Of a DNA stretch of 64,000 nucleotides, positions 38,104 to 50,800 are shown piece by piece. A model generated the notes under the pieces. The model had not been told where the DNA came from. It saw nothing but the letters and a program-made list of their open reading frames with translations, and made no database searches. The stretch is from Desulfobacterales bacterium (GTDB lineage Bacteria > Desulfobacterota > Desulfobacteria > Desulfobacterales > UBA2174). Numbering within the stretch: the first letter of the stretch is position 1; every line of letters begins with the position of its first letter. The DNA lies in NCBI GenBank assembly GCA_963668645.2, contig CAXXWC010000003.1, positions 64,001 to 128,000 on the forward strand, given 5' to 3'. A program made the translations under genes and the position numbers.

Positions 38104-39684
38104 TCAATAGCGCAGAAAAACCCGATAGAGAATCCGGGTTTCACCGGCTTCGGTGGATACGCCATCCTCGAGGGGCTGGGCCACATCGACACTCATATCG
38201 AGGTATCCTTTCCAGTTCCAGCGCAGGCCGATTCCGACGCCATAAGCCTCCTGGCGACCATCTACTCCCGTATGGGGCCGACGGCGATAAACCTGGCCGG
38301 CATCGGCGAACAGTACCAGTCGCGAATCGAAGACCAGGGGTGGGCTCCAGGCCTCGAGGCTGGCCTGAACACCGCAGTCGCCGGTTACTTCCCGCTCTTC
38401 ATAGCCGCGCACCGAGGCGCTGCCGCCGATCCCGAACTGCTCCCCGGGGATCAACGGTTCGTCGCTGTACTGGCCGTCGATGTGGGCCCGCACCTGATAA
38501 TCGCCGGGCAAGGTCCAGCGCAGATCCCCCCCGCCGTTGAACTTGTTCCAGTTGGCATCGGCCCCTTCCCGGTTGGCGAGGTAGTTGGCCGAATCGTTGC
38601 GGCTGCCGAAACCGGTGTTGAACCCCCAGGCCGCATATCCCCCGAGGCTCAGGTTCTTCGGTTCGTAAAGGAAGCTGTAGCGGAAGCTCACCGGTGTGGA
38701 GCGCACGTCCGGAAGCAGCAAGGTTCCCACGAACTTGGTTTCGTTATCGAAAAATCGGTCCTGATATCCGACGGCAAGCTTGTGATTGAAGACGCCGATG
38801 GGCGTCAGGGTATGGGTGGCGGTCAGGCCGTAGAACTGACCTCGCCCACTGACGTCGAAAAAGCTGCCGATGCGCCCCTGGTCAACTTCCGAATAGGAGT
38901 AGAAGGCCTCCAGTTCGGTGGCAATGGCATAGAGCGGAAGCCGATAGTCAACGCCGTACTGGTTGACATCATGCACGCTCTCGGGCGATGTCGTATAGGT
39001 GGCGGTCAGGATATGGTCCCGGTTGAAAAGGTTGCTGTACTGCACCCCAAGCGCCGCACGGGTGCGCGCCGGATCGCGGGTGCCGGTATTGTTCAAACTG
39101 CCGAACATGGTGTAGGGCCGGGCATCTCTCACCACCACCCGGGCATCGATCCCCTCGCTTTTTGCCGCCTGTTTGACGAAGACCGCCACCCGCCTGGCCG
39201 GATGCTGGTTGGCGAATTGCAGCGCCCGTGCCACGTCCAGGGTGCTGGGCGACCGGCCGGGTTGAAGCGGGGGCAGACTCCGCAAAATGTTGGGTTCATC
39301 GAAGTGCTGATTCTCTTCGATGCGGATCTCTTTGAGTGGGTACCCGACAACCCTCAATTGGACCCGCCCGTCGACGATCCGCTGGGGTGGCAACAAGACC
39401 TTGTGAAACGGGTAGCCCGCATCCAGAAAGGCGGACTGAAGCGCCCCGGCCGCCGCTTCCAGGTCGGCAAAAACCAGCGGCCTTGCGGTATAGGGTTTGA
39501 GTGCTTTCTCGACTTTGCCAGCAGCGATGGGACTTTGGCCGTCGATGATAAATTCTTTCACCGTAAATCGGATTGCACCGTCATCGGCGCAGGCGGGGAA
39601 AAAGGGCTGAGACAGGACCAACAAAACCCCCAGTGCGAGGATCCAGGAGATCCGACCGTTATTCAGGTTCAGCGAATTTCGCAC
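38104..39684 (-). CDS. TpsB (ShlB/FhaC/HecB family) two-partner secretion outer-membrane transporter
   Basis: POTRA-like N-terminus (AGYPF..V.LPPQRI.DG.V), NNTG, EQFGIGGSASVRGY (VRGY motif), terminal aromatic strand. Confidence 0.9.
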   Translation of the reverse strand: MRNSLNLNNGRISWILALGVLLVLSQPFFPACADDGAIRFTVKEFIIDGQSPIAAGKVEKALKPYTARPLVFADLEAAAGALQSAFLDAGYPFHKVLLPPQRIVDGRVQLRVVGYPLKEIRIEENQHFDEPNILRSLPPLQPGRSPSTLDVARALQFANQHPARRVAVFVKQAAKSEGIDARVVVRDARPYTMFGSLNNTGTRDPARTRAALGVQYSNLFNRDHILTATYTTSPESVHDVNQYGVDYRLPLYAIATELEAFYSYSEVDQGRIGSFFDVSGRGQFYGLTATHTLTPIGVFNHKLAVGYQDRFFDNETKFVGTLLLPDVRSTPVSFRYSFLYEPKNLSLGGYAAWGFNTGFGSRNDSANYLANREGADANWNKFNGGGDLRWTLPGDYQVRAHIDGQYSDEPLIPGEQFGIGGSASVRGYEEREVTGDCGVQASLEAWSPPLVFDSRLVLFADAGQVYRRRPHTGVDGRQEAYGVGIGLRWNWKGYLDMSVDVAQPLEDGVSTEAGETRILYRVFLRY

Positions 39685-41771
39685 TCGGTCTCCTTTCTGG
39701 TGCCGGCATCTTGGAAATCTTCGAACAACCGCTCGCCCGTGTATCCCGCATCCTCACCTGCCCGGGCTGGGCTCGGATACGGATCGAGAATCAGAAACAG
39801 GGGTTGATTGGCCAGCCTTACCGGCCGGCCGGGCTCGAAAGCCGCGAAACCGGCCTCCCCTTTGCCGATAAAGACTTCGCCGAACGCGTTGGAAAGAACC
39901 ACGTCCCCGTCATACACCCCGACGTAAAGACCGGGCTGGCTTCCGGCCAGGGCCAGGGCCTCGAAAAGCCGATCCAGATCCACCGGCACCCGATCCGGCC
40001 GCGGGGCCGGGCTCTGGCGGATAAAGACCGGCGGTGATGTCATCCGCTGCGGGGCCTGGGCCCCACCGTCGTACCGGTAGGTCTCGCCCGCCCGGACAGA
40101 AAGGGTGTGGTCGCCTGCGGTGGTCAAAATCACCTCGCCGTCCCAGGTGCTGAGAATGAGAACGGGCGGTTGAGCCTCATACGGCGCAAAGCTGGAAAAA
40201 AGGCTTTCAAGATCCACGCTCAACTGATCGGGACGCGGCGCGGGCAGCTGATCCAGGATTGGCGGAGCCTGGGGCAGCAAAACCGGCGCCAGGCGGAACG
40301 AGGCCACCCGGGCGACCTGCCCGGCTTTGACCAAGGTCTCGCCGCTGGCGTTGGTCAGCGAGATGACACCTTCCCATACCCGTGCTATCAGGCCTGAATT
40401 TTCGTTGCCGGCCAGTCCTTGGTTGCGGGGCCCCGCCCCCTGGTCGGAGCGGCAGGCACCGGTGCACAACAGATCGAAACCGGTCCCCCTCACCCCGAGA
40501 ACCGCCGTTGCCGTCTGAACGGTAAACTTGCTGGTCCGCTTGGCCAGCCAGCCGGTGAGCATCCGCGCTCCCCCGGATAAAAGCCGAAAGACGCCGGTCT
40601 CTTCCCGGCCGCCGGCATAATGGTACTGACTGACTTCAAACCGTGTTGCGGGTTGAAGCGAAAGCCTGCTGTCGTCGCGGAAAACCACCACCGCCACCGC
40701 GTCCGGCCCGGTTTGCAGGATGTCCCCGGCCAGAATCCCGTCTCCTCTTTGCAGGCTGCGGGAAGGGTGGCCGGGCTGCTCGGCGCTCATGGCGCCCTGC
40801 AAAAGGAGTAGGCGCCCCACCATCGGCACCGGCTGATCGGTGGACGACTCACACGGGACCTGGCAGAGGTTGAGGTCGAAACCGGTCCCGCGCACACCGG
40901 CCACTGCGGTGGGTGTGGCGACCCGGAACCGATCCGGCCGGCTCTTGGCGATGGCGCCGGTGAGCATGCGCATACCGCCGCGAATCAGCCGTAAAAAAGA
41001 GCTTTGGGTCGAGGCGGGATCTTCCTTGCGGTAGGCGTAGTCTTCGACGAAAAAGACCGTATCCGCCTGGAGGGTAATCCGGCTGTCATCCTGGAATGCC
41101 ACCACGGCAAAACTGTCGATCCCGGTTTCCAGCCGATCCTTCTGGAATACGGCCGCACCAAGGCTCATGGAACGCGCGCGCCCGTCAGGCTCCACGGCGG
41201 CCAAATGCCCCTGAACCTGCACCACTCTGCCGATGGTCAGCGCTCCCGGACGGGCCGCCGGAGTTCGCCCCGGGGCTGTTTCGCCGCTGCAATCGCCCTC
41301 GCAGATCCGGGCATCGAACTCGGTCCCCCGGATGCGCATCTCGGCCAGCGGCGTCACCAGTCTCAGGCTTTCTCCTTTGGTCTGCCTGGCCCACCATCCG
41401 CGGACAGACCGAATCCCTCCGCGCAACAAGTGGCCTGCAAGCAACGGCGTTCGGGATTCGGAGACGAGTCTTTTCAGTGTGAAACGGGTCCCCGGACGCA
41501 GTGTCATCCTCGAGCCATCCGCGAGCCCGATCTCACCGTAGCCGTGTTCTCCGGTCACCAGGGTGTCGCCAAGCCGCAACCGATTCCCTGCCCCCAGAAC
41601 ATCGATGGATCCGTCGGGATGCACGGCACTCATCAAACCGCGAACCGCCATCACCTTGCCGGCATCACCTTGATTCGAATCCGCCGCTGCCAGGACAGAT
41701 CCCCATGCGGCCATACAAACCACCGCCACGGTTACCATCACCAGAGAAAAAAACCTATTTTGAGGGGCCAT
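39669..41771 (-). CDS. Secreted protein with three tandem FecR-like domains
   Basis: Signal peptide; three GD.L.TG...D.SR..L...T.F...LL.GG.R...T.TAV.GVRGT.FD units; 3' end overlaps the tpsB start. Confidence 0.82.
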   Translation of the reverse strand: MAPQNRFFSLVMVTVAVVCMAAWGSVLAAADSNQGDAGKVMAVRGLMSAVHPDGSIDVLGAGNRLRLGDTLVTGEHGYGEIGLADGSRMTLRPGTRFTLKRLVSESRTPLLAGHLLRGGIRSVRGWWARQTKGESLRLVTPLAEMRIRGTEFDARICEGDCSGETAPGRTPAARPGALTIGRVVQVQGHLAAVEPDGRARSMSLGAAVFQKDRLETGIDSFAVVAFQDDSRITLQADTVFFVEDYAYRKEDPASTQSSFLRLIRGGMRMLTGAIAKSRPDRFRVATPTAVAGVRGTGFDLNLCQVPCESSTDQPVPMVGRLLLLQGAMSAEQPGHPSRSLQRGDGILAGDILQTGPDAVAVVVFRDDSRLSLQPATRFEVSQYHYAGGREETGVFRLLSGGARMLTGWLAKRTSKFTVQTATAVLGVRGTGFDLLCTGACRSDQGAGPRNQGLAGNENSGLIARVWEGVISLTNASGETLVKAGQVARVASFRLAPVLLPQAPPILDQLPAPRPDQLSVDLESLFSSFAPYEAQPPVLILSTWDGEVILTTAGDHTLSVRAGETYRYDGGAQAPQRMTSPPVFIRQSPAPRPDRVPVDLDRLFEALALAGSQPGLYVGVYDGDVVLSNAFGEVFIGKGEAGFAAFEPGRPVRLANQPLFLILDPYPSPARAGEDAGYTGERLFEDFQDAGTRKETECEIR

Positions 41772-41854
41772 GGTCTCTTTCACCCGAGGGGTCCCGGCCT
41801 TCGCGTTATCCTATCGCTTGGGGCCGATGGTTGCCGTTGCGATCCATCCACCGC

Positions 41855-44800
41855 CTAGCGGCAGATCAACCGGGTTTTCCTGAACGTGTCCTCGTCCTGA
41901 ATATCCTGATCGGAGCGCTCGGCCGCATCGAAAGGTGAATTTGCCGCGGCCAGGGATCGCTGCTTCTGCTGTTCGAGATTGAGAATCTCGCTGATCAGAT
42001 AGCCGTTTGTCAGTGCGGTGAAAATCGGAGAAAGGGTGTTGACCACCACGTAGCCGGAAACACCGGCAAGCCCGTTGTAGGCGAATCCGCCGTCGGCCGT
42101 GATGGTGGCAAAATCCCCGGACAGGCCGCCGTTATAGGTCATCACTTCGAACCTGTCGCCCACATTGCTGATAAAGCCGCCGTACTGGGTCAAATCCAGG
42201 GTACCGTCCAGAGTCGCCGCGCCGGATACCGCCAGGTGGTCAAAACCGTTTCCCGGCACGAATCCTCCGATTTCCATGCTCAAAACGGCGTCAGTTCCCT
42301 GGATGTAATCCCCTCCTACCGCCAGAATGCCCGGCGAGGCCCCGGGCGATACCGTGCCGCCGAGGTTCTCCAGATTGCCGGACAGTATGCCTTCTCCGGA
42401 AAGCAAACCCCCGAGGAGGGTGAAATCCCCGCTGAAATCTCCCCCGGCCAGTTGCGTGAGGCCGCCGGTCTGGGTATAGCCGGCCGAAAACGCCATCGTT
42501 CCGCTGGCTGAGACGACACGTTGCCGCTGTTGCGTTACCGCAGCGCTGAACAAAGACGCCCCGCTGCCACCTGTCTTGGTCAGCGTGCCGGCATTGATCA
42601 CTGCGACCGAAACCGGCACATCGCTTTCCAGTAAAAGCGCAGCATCGGCCGAAATGCCCAAGTCACCCCCGCCGCTGACGGCACCGCTCCCCCCACCGGC
42701 TGCGGTGATGCTGTGCGGTGCGGCGCCGGTCAACTGGAGCAGCCCCCCCGGGGCGATGACGTACTGCCCGCTGCTGTTCGATCCGCCGGCCAGCGTGAGG
42801 CTTCCGGTGTCGATTCGGACCGCCCCGCTGTTGGACAACGGCAGCGAGACAAGCGAATCTGCCGCCCCGGCATTCTTTTGCAGCGTACCGGCGTTGACCA
42901 GGCGACCGCCGCCCCCATCGAGGATATCCAGATCACCTCTGACTTCCATCTGCCCCGGGTTGTTGAAAAGCGCACCGGCCACGCCGCCCACGACAAAAGA
43001 ACCGCTGCTGAAAACCAGATCGCCCGTGTTGTTGAGCGTGATCCCGTCCAGGGTCAGGGTTGAGGTCCCGGAAAAAGAGGAAGTGCCCGCAAGGTTCAAA
43101 ATTCCGCTGCCCCCACCGGTCACCGCCGAGGCACCCTCAGGATTCCAGGTAAACGTCCTGTCCACCGCGGCCGTTCCGTCCAACTGCAGCGCGCCGCCGC
43201 TGTAGGCCAGATCGCCGATGCCGATAGAAACGCCGTTTGCCACAGCCAGGGTTCCACCGGCCAGGGACAGGCTGTCGGCCGTCGATACATCTAAAATCGT
43301 CAGGGATCCGCCGGCAACCGAAAGGGCGTTGCCCGCCGCCACGGAGAGGATACCGATCTCATAGCTGCCGCTGGACAAGGTCACCGTGCTGGTGCCGTCG
43401 ACAATGCGCACATTGGTCCCGCCATCGGGAACCGTGCCCATACGCCAGTTTTCGGCCACGTTCCAAAAATCGCCCTCCCCTGCCCCGGTCCAGACGTTGT
43501 AAAAATGGACCAGGGAAATAGAAACCGCCTGGGATCCATAGCCGGTGGCGAAATCGAAACTGTCCGAGTAGTTGACCGTCGAAAAGGCTCCCGAATCCCC
43601 CCCGGATCCGGCTGCGATCAGGGTAAACGCGTCCCCCTCGGCCGCGTTGTACCCATCGAGATCGATAAGGTTCAGCGTCCCGAAATCACCGCCCTCACCC
43701 GACAAGATCCCCGTCACCTGAACCTGATCGTATCCCGTGCCCGGCGCCAGGCCGCCGATTTCGATGTCCAGGACGCTGTCCCCGGTTAATCCGAGGTCGC
43801 CTTCAATGACGAGGATTCCGGTCGAAGATCCCGCAACGATGGTGCCGGCGCCCATGGCGACATTGCCGCAAATCGTTCCGCTGCCGGTCAAACGGCCACC
43901 GTCGATGGTAAGATTTCCGGCGATGTCTCCCCCGGCCAGTCGGGTAACTCCGCCCGATTGCGTGTAGCCTCTGGAAAAGGCCAAGGTGCCCACATCGCTC
44001 CGAACGTCTCCGTTGTTGGCAAAGGGCAGATCGAATCCGGCCGTGCCGGTACCCAGCGTTTTTTGTACCGTAGCGCCTGCAGCATTGGTGAAATTGCCGC
44101 CGGTGCCGCCGGTTATGCTCAAATCCCCCTGAAGGTCAAACAGGCCCGCATTGTTGAACTCTGCTGCCGAGCCGGAACCGATCTGCAGCTCACCGCCGGT
44201 GTAAGTGACAATCCCCGTATTGTTGACCGTGATGCCGTCCAGGTACTTGGTCCCCGTCCCGGCAAGGACCGTCGTGGTTTCCAGGTTCAACACCCCGGTA
44301 CCCAGCCCGTCCAGGGTCGAATCGCTGTCAGCATTCCATTCGAACAAGCCGCCGACGGTTGCCGTACCGCCGACCTCGAACCTTCCGCCCGTAATCCTCA
44401 AATCACCCACTGAGATCGTGCCGGGCAGGGTCAGGGATCCGCCGGTCAGTTCCAGATCCGCGACACTGATGCCGCTGTTGATGCTCGCCGTGCCGCCGCT
44501 GAAACGATACGTCCCTTGCCCGTCAAAACGGGTGCCCGCTTCGAATTGATGCACGCCGCCGCCGAATACCATCGCCGTGCCGGTTTCGGCCGTGAAACCG
44601 CCCATCTGAATCCCGCCTCCGTTCAAGGCCAGAGTCCCCGCAGCGACGCGCACATCACCGCCGTTGTCAAAGGGCAGATCGAAATCGGCCGTACCGCTGC
44701 CTGCCGTCTTTTGCACCGTGCCGCCGGCCGTGTTGGTAAAATTGCCGCCGGCGCCGCCGGTCACGCTCAAGTCCCCTTGCAAGTCAAAGGTGCCCGAATT

Positions 44801-47800
44801 GATGAGCTGTGCCGCTGCGTCCTGGCCGATCTGCAATCCACCGCTCAGACAGGTCAGGACACCCGTGTTGTTCACCGCGATCCCATCCAGGTACTTGCCG
44901 CCTGTGCCCGCCAGCGTGGTCGTGCCGGCCAGATTCAATACCCCGGTGCCCAAACCGGCGAGCAGCGATTGGCTCTCTCCCGGGTTCCAGTCGAAGGCCC
45001 CGGCAACCGAAATCGTGCCGCCCACCTCCAATAATCCACCCGTATACGACAGGTCGCCGATCGAGAGGGTCCCCGGCACCTTCAAGGTCCCGCCGATCAC
45101 CTCCAGATCCGCGACACTGATACTGTCGTTGACGCTCGCCGTACCACCGCTGAAACGATACGTCCCTTGCCCGTCAAAACGGGCGCCCGCATCGAAGTGA
45201 TGGACACCCCCGCCGATGACCAGTACCGTCCCGGCCTCGGCCGTAAAACCGCCCGTCTGGTTCATGCCCCAGCCGTTCAAGGCCAGGGTCCCCACGGCAA
45301 CGCGCAGATCACCTTTGTTGTCAAAGGGCAGATCGAAATCGGCCGTACCGCTGCCTGCCGTCTTTTGCACCGTGCCGCCGGCCGCGTTGGCAAAATTGCC
45401 GCCGGCACCGCCGATCACGCTCAAATCCCCCTGGATGTCAAACATGCCCGCATTATTCAGCTTTGCCGTTGCGCTCTGACCGATCTGCAACCCGCCGCTC
45501 AGATAGGTCAGGACACCCGTGTTGTTCACCGTGATCCCATCCAGATACTTGCCGCCTGTACCTGCCAGTGTCGTCGTGCCGGCCAGATTCAATACCCCGG
45601 TGCCCAAACCGGTAAGCAGCGATTGGCTGTCGCCCGGGTTCCAGTCGAAGGCCCCGCCAACCGAAACCGTGCCGCCCACCTCCAGTAATCCACCCGTACA
45701 CGATAGGTGGCCGATGGAAAGGGTCCCTGGCACCTTCAAGGTCCCGCCGATCACCTCGGCATCCGCGACATTGATACTGTCGTTGACGCTCGCCATGCCG
45801 CCGCTGAAGCGATACGTCCCCTCCCCGTCAAAACGGGCGCCCGCATCAAACTGATGGACACCCCCGCCGATGACCAGCACCGTGCCGGCCCCGGCCGTGA
45901 AGCCGCCCGTCTGAATCCCGCCCCCGTTCAAGGATAGGGTTCCCGCAGCCACGCGCAGGTCACCGCTATTGTCAAAGGGCAGATCGAAATTGGCTGCGCC
46001 AGGGCCGGCCGTCTTTTGCACCGTGCCGTCCGCCGCATTGAAAAAGGCGCCCAAGTCTCCGGAGACCTGAGTGAAGAGCGCATCCGACCGGATATCGAAA
46101 ACGCCGACATTATAGATGGTCGCGCCATCGTGGAAATCAATCTGATCCGCGCTTAGCGTCACCGTCGCCGCGTTTTCCAGGGTGTAGTCCCGGAGTGCCT
46201 TCTGGCCTGAGTCAAGGATGCTCAATCCACCGGCCACCACCAAGCGACCGCCTCCTGACCCCAAGGTGCCGCCGGACCATGTCGTTTCCCGACCAGCCGT
46301 CAACACCCCCAATCCGCCGATATCTCCTGAAGAGAGGTTCAATGCGCCGATCTGTGAATCAGCATTGGCCACAAGCGAACCGCCGGTAACCGACAAGCTG
46401 TCGATCATCGAGCTGTCTGAAATGGTCAAAGAGCCACCGCTGATCGAAAGGGCGTTGCCCCCTGCCACGGACAAGATGCCGATTTCATAACTGCCGCCCG
46501 ACAAATTTACCGTGCTGCTGCCGTCGACAATCCGCACATTGGTCCCGTTGTCCGGAACCGTTTCCATTCGCCAATTTTCAGCCACTCCCCAAAAATCACT
46601 CCCCGCTGCTCCGGTCCAGACGTTGTAAAGATGGATCAGGGAAAGGCTTACTGCCTGAGGCGCATAGGCGATTTCAAAATCGAAGCTGTTAGAGTAATTG
46701 GCCGTCGCAAAAGCCCCCGTATCCCCACCGGATCCGGCCGTGATCAGCGTAAATCCATCCCCTTCGGCCGGGCTATAGCCGGCAAGATCAATGATGTTCA
46801 AGGTCCCGAAATCACCGCCCGCACCCGACAGGGTCCCGGTCACCTGAACCTGATCGTAGTCAATGCCCGCCGACAGGCCCTTGATCTCGATCTCCAGGGT
46901 CCCGGCATTGCTCAGCTCAAGATCGCCGTCGATCACCAAGATTCCCGGGCCCTCATCGCCCGGAGAGATCACCCCCTGATTGACCAAGCCGGTGGCCGGC
47001 GTGCGGATCGTGCCCGTGCCGCGAATCAGACCGTCCGCACTGTTGACAAGCCCCGAACCCGTCGCACTGAATACCGCCCCTTGGGCCACCGCGAGGGTTC
47101 CCGCATTGGAAAACGCGCTGGCCGTCTCCAAAATCCCCGTGCCGAGATCCACCAATCCGCTGTTTTCAAAGGTGCTGGTTCCGATCCCGAGCGTATCTGC
47201 CGCCCCGGCCAGATCCACGTTCAGGGTCCCGCTGTTGGCAAAACCGCCCGCACCGTTGATTTCATACCCGCCCGCAGAGGCTGTCAGGGTGCCCTGGTTC
47301 TCAAACCGGCTCGCCTCGGCCACAACGATGTCCCCGGCCGACCAGTCCGCCACTGCCGTGTTCACCACCTGGCGCGTGCCGGACAGCACCTTGTCGGCCG
47401 CCGTATCCAGCGTCAACCCGCCGGCAAACGTGGTCACGCCACTGCCGCCCTGGACCCCACCCTGCCACAGACCGGCACCGGTTACCGTCAACCCGTCCGT
47501 GCCGCCCAGGATGCCACCGCTTTGCGTGTACCCCTCAACGCTCAACCCAGTGCCGTTGCTCAATTCCAGGCTGCCGCCGCTGATCTCAAGCTCGTTGCCC
47601 AGGTTGTTGATCAGGGCTCCGGGAGCAAAACACACCGCCCCTGCGCTCACCCGCGTCGCTCCGGTAACTTCATAGGTGGCTCCGGATTCAAACGCCACCG
47701 CCGCCCCGTCGAATCGGACCGCATCGCCTGTCAGCGACACTGTCGAGGATAAATCGTAATCGCCGGCCACAAACCGCAGCAGCGCACCGCTCGCATCAAA

Positions 47801-50800
47801 ATCCCCGCTGTAGGTCCCGCCTGTCGCACGAAGCTCCAGAACCCCGCTTTGCACATCCACCAGGCCGCTGTGATCAAAGGTGCCGGTTCCGATCCCGAGC
47901 GTGTCTGCCGCCCCGGCCAGAACCACGTTCAGGGTCCCGCTGTTGGCAAAAACGCCCGCACCGTTGATCTGATACCCGCCCGCCGAGGCTGTCAGGGTGC
48001 CCTGGTTCTCAAAGCGGCTCGCATCGGCCACAACCATGTCCCCGGCCAGCCAGTCCGCCACTGCCGTGTTCACCACCTGGCGCGTGCCGCCCAGAACCTT
48101 GTCGGCCGCCGTATCCAGCGTCAACCCGCCGGCAAACGTGGTCACGCCGCTGCCGCCCTGGACCCCGCCCTGCCACAGACCGGCACCGGTTACCGTCAAC
48201 CCGTCCGTGCCGTTCAGAGTACCGCCGCTTTGCGTGTACCCCTCAACGCTCAACGCAGTGCCGCTGCCCAATTCCAGGCTGCCGCCGCTGATCTCAAGCT
48301 CGCTGCCCAGGTTGTTGATCAGGGCTCCGGGCGCAAAACTTGCCGCCCCTGCGCTCACCCGCGTCGCTCCGGTGACTTCATAGGTGGCTCCGGATTCAAA
48401 CGCCACCGCCGCCCCGTCGAATCGGACCGCATCGCCTGTCAGCGACACCGTCGAGGATAAATCGTAATCGCCCCCCACGAACCGCAGCAGCGCACCGCTC
48501 GCATCAAAATCCCCGCTGTAGGCCCCGCCGGCTGCACTCAGCTCCAGAACCCCGCTTTGCACATCCACCAGGCCGCTGTGATCGAAGGTGCCGGTTCCGA
48601 TCCCGAGCGTGTCTGCCGCCCCAGCCAGAACCACGTTCAGGGTCCCGCTGTTGGTAAAAACGCCCGTGCCACCGATCTCATACCCGCCCGCTGTGGCCGT
48701 CAGGGTGCCCTGGTTTTCAAAGCGGCTCGCCTCGGCCACAACCATGTCCCCGGCCAGCCAATCCGCCTCTGCCGTGTTCACCACCTGCCGCGTGCCGCCC
48801 AGAACCTTGTCGGCCCCTGTATCCAGCGTCAATCCGCCGGCAAACGTCGTCACGCCACTGCCGTCATGCGTCCCGGCTTCCCATTGGGCCGCTCCCAGCA
48901 CCGTCAATCCACCGGCTCCCGTCAACTGGCCCCCGGAAAAACGCAGCGCCCCTTCGAGCTGTGAATCGTCCCCGATGGACAGCCCACCGCCTTCGATCAC
49001 CAATCCATTGCCCGCATAAAGCGAAATCTGCCCGATCTCATAAGACCCCTGGTCCAGCGTCACTGTGCTGGTCCCGTCCTTGATCAGCGCGTTCTCGCCC
49101 CGGTCCGGAACACGGCCCAAACTCCAGTTGCCCCCCACACCCCAAAAACCGTCGCCGCCCAAAATCCATATGTTGTAAAGATCCGCCAGGCTCAACGCCA
49201 CTGCCGCCGGATCGTAGACCGCCGCAAATCCGTAACTCTCCGGTTGCAGGATCGTCGCAAAAGTCCCCGTATCCCCACCGGATCCGGCCGTGATCAGCGT
49301 AAATCCATCCCCTTCGGCCGGGCTGTATCCGGCAAGATCAATGATGTTCAAGGTCCCAAAATCACCGCCCGCACCCGACAGGGTCCCGGTCACCTGAACC
49401 TGATCGTAGTCAATGCCCGCCGACAGGCCCTTGATCTCGATCTCCAGGGTCCCGGCATTGCTCAGCTCAAGATCGCCGTCGATCACCAAGATTCCCGGGC
49501 CCTCATCGCCCGGAGAGATCACCCCCTGATTGACCAAGCCGGTGGCCGGCGTGCGGATCGTGCCCGTGCCGCGAATCAGACCGTCCGCACTGTTGACAAG
49601 CCCCGAACCCGTCGCACTGAATACCGCCCCTTGGGCCACCGCGAGGGTTCCCGCATTGGAAAACGCGCTGGCCGTCTCCAAAATCCCCGTGCCGAGATCC
49701 ACCAATCCGCTGTTTTCAAAGGTGCTGGTTCCGATCCCGAGCGTATCTGCCGCCCCGGCCAGATCCACGTTCAGGGTCCCGCTGTTGGCAAAACCGCCCG
49801 CACCGTTGATTTCATACCCGCCCGCAGAGGCTGTCAGGGTGCCCTGGTTCTCAAACCGGCTCGCCTCGGCCACAACGATGTCCCCGGCCGACCAGTCCGC
49901 CACTGCCGTGTTCACCACCTGGCGCGTGCCGGACAGCACCTTGTCGGCCGCCGTATCCAGCGTCAACCCGCCGGCAAACGTGGTCACGCCACTGCCGCCC
50001 TGGACCCCACCCTGCCACAGACCGGCACCGGTTACCGTCAACCCGTCCGTGCCGTTCAGAGTACCGCCGTTTTGCGTGTACCCCTCAACGCTCAACGCAG
50101 CGCCGCTGCCCAATTCCAGGCTGCCGCCGCTGATCTCAAGCTCGCTGCCCAGGTTGTTGATCAGGGCTCCGGGAGCAAAACTTGCCGCCCCTGCGCTCAC
50201 CCGCGTCGCTCCGGTAACTTCATAGGTGGCTCCGGATTCAAATGCCACCGCCGCCCCGTCGAATCGGACCGCATCGCCTGTCAGCGACACTGTCGAGGAT
50301 AAATCGTAGTCGCCGGCCACGAACCGCAGCAGCGCACCGCTCGCATCAAAATCCCCGCTGTAGGTCCCGCCGGCTGCGCGAAGCTCCAGAACCCCGCTTT
50401 GCACATCCACCAAGCCGCTGTGATCGAAGATCCCGGTTCCGATCCCGAGCGTGTCTGCCGCCCCGGCCAGAACCACGTTCAGGGTCCCGCTGTTGGCAAA
50501 AACGCCCGCACCGTTGATTTCATACCCGCCCGCTGTGGCCGTCAGGGTGCCTTGGTTCTCAAACCGGCTCGCCTCGGCCACAACGATGTCCCCGGCCAGC
50601 CAGTCCGCCACTGCCGTGTTCACCACCTGGCGCGTGCCGCCCAGAACCTTGTCGGCCGCCGTATCCAGCGTCAACCCGCCGGCAAACGTGGTCACGCCGC
50701 TGCCGCCCTGGACCCCGCCCTGCCACAGACCGGCACCGGTTACCGTCAACCCGTCCGTGCCGCCCAGGATACCGCCGCTTTGCGTGTACCCCTCGACGCT

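Noticed and set aside
37797..38192. Small ORFs downstream of tpsB
   Set aside because: They overlap tpsB or lack RBS and motifs; probably non-coding.
41855..42300. TpsA as a contact-dependent inhibition toxin
   Set aside because: No VENN/pre-toxin motif, no distinct toxin domain and no small immunity gene downstream.
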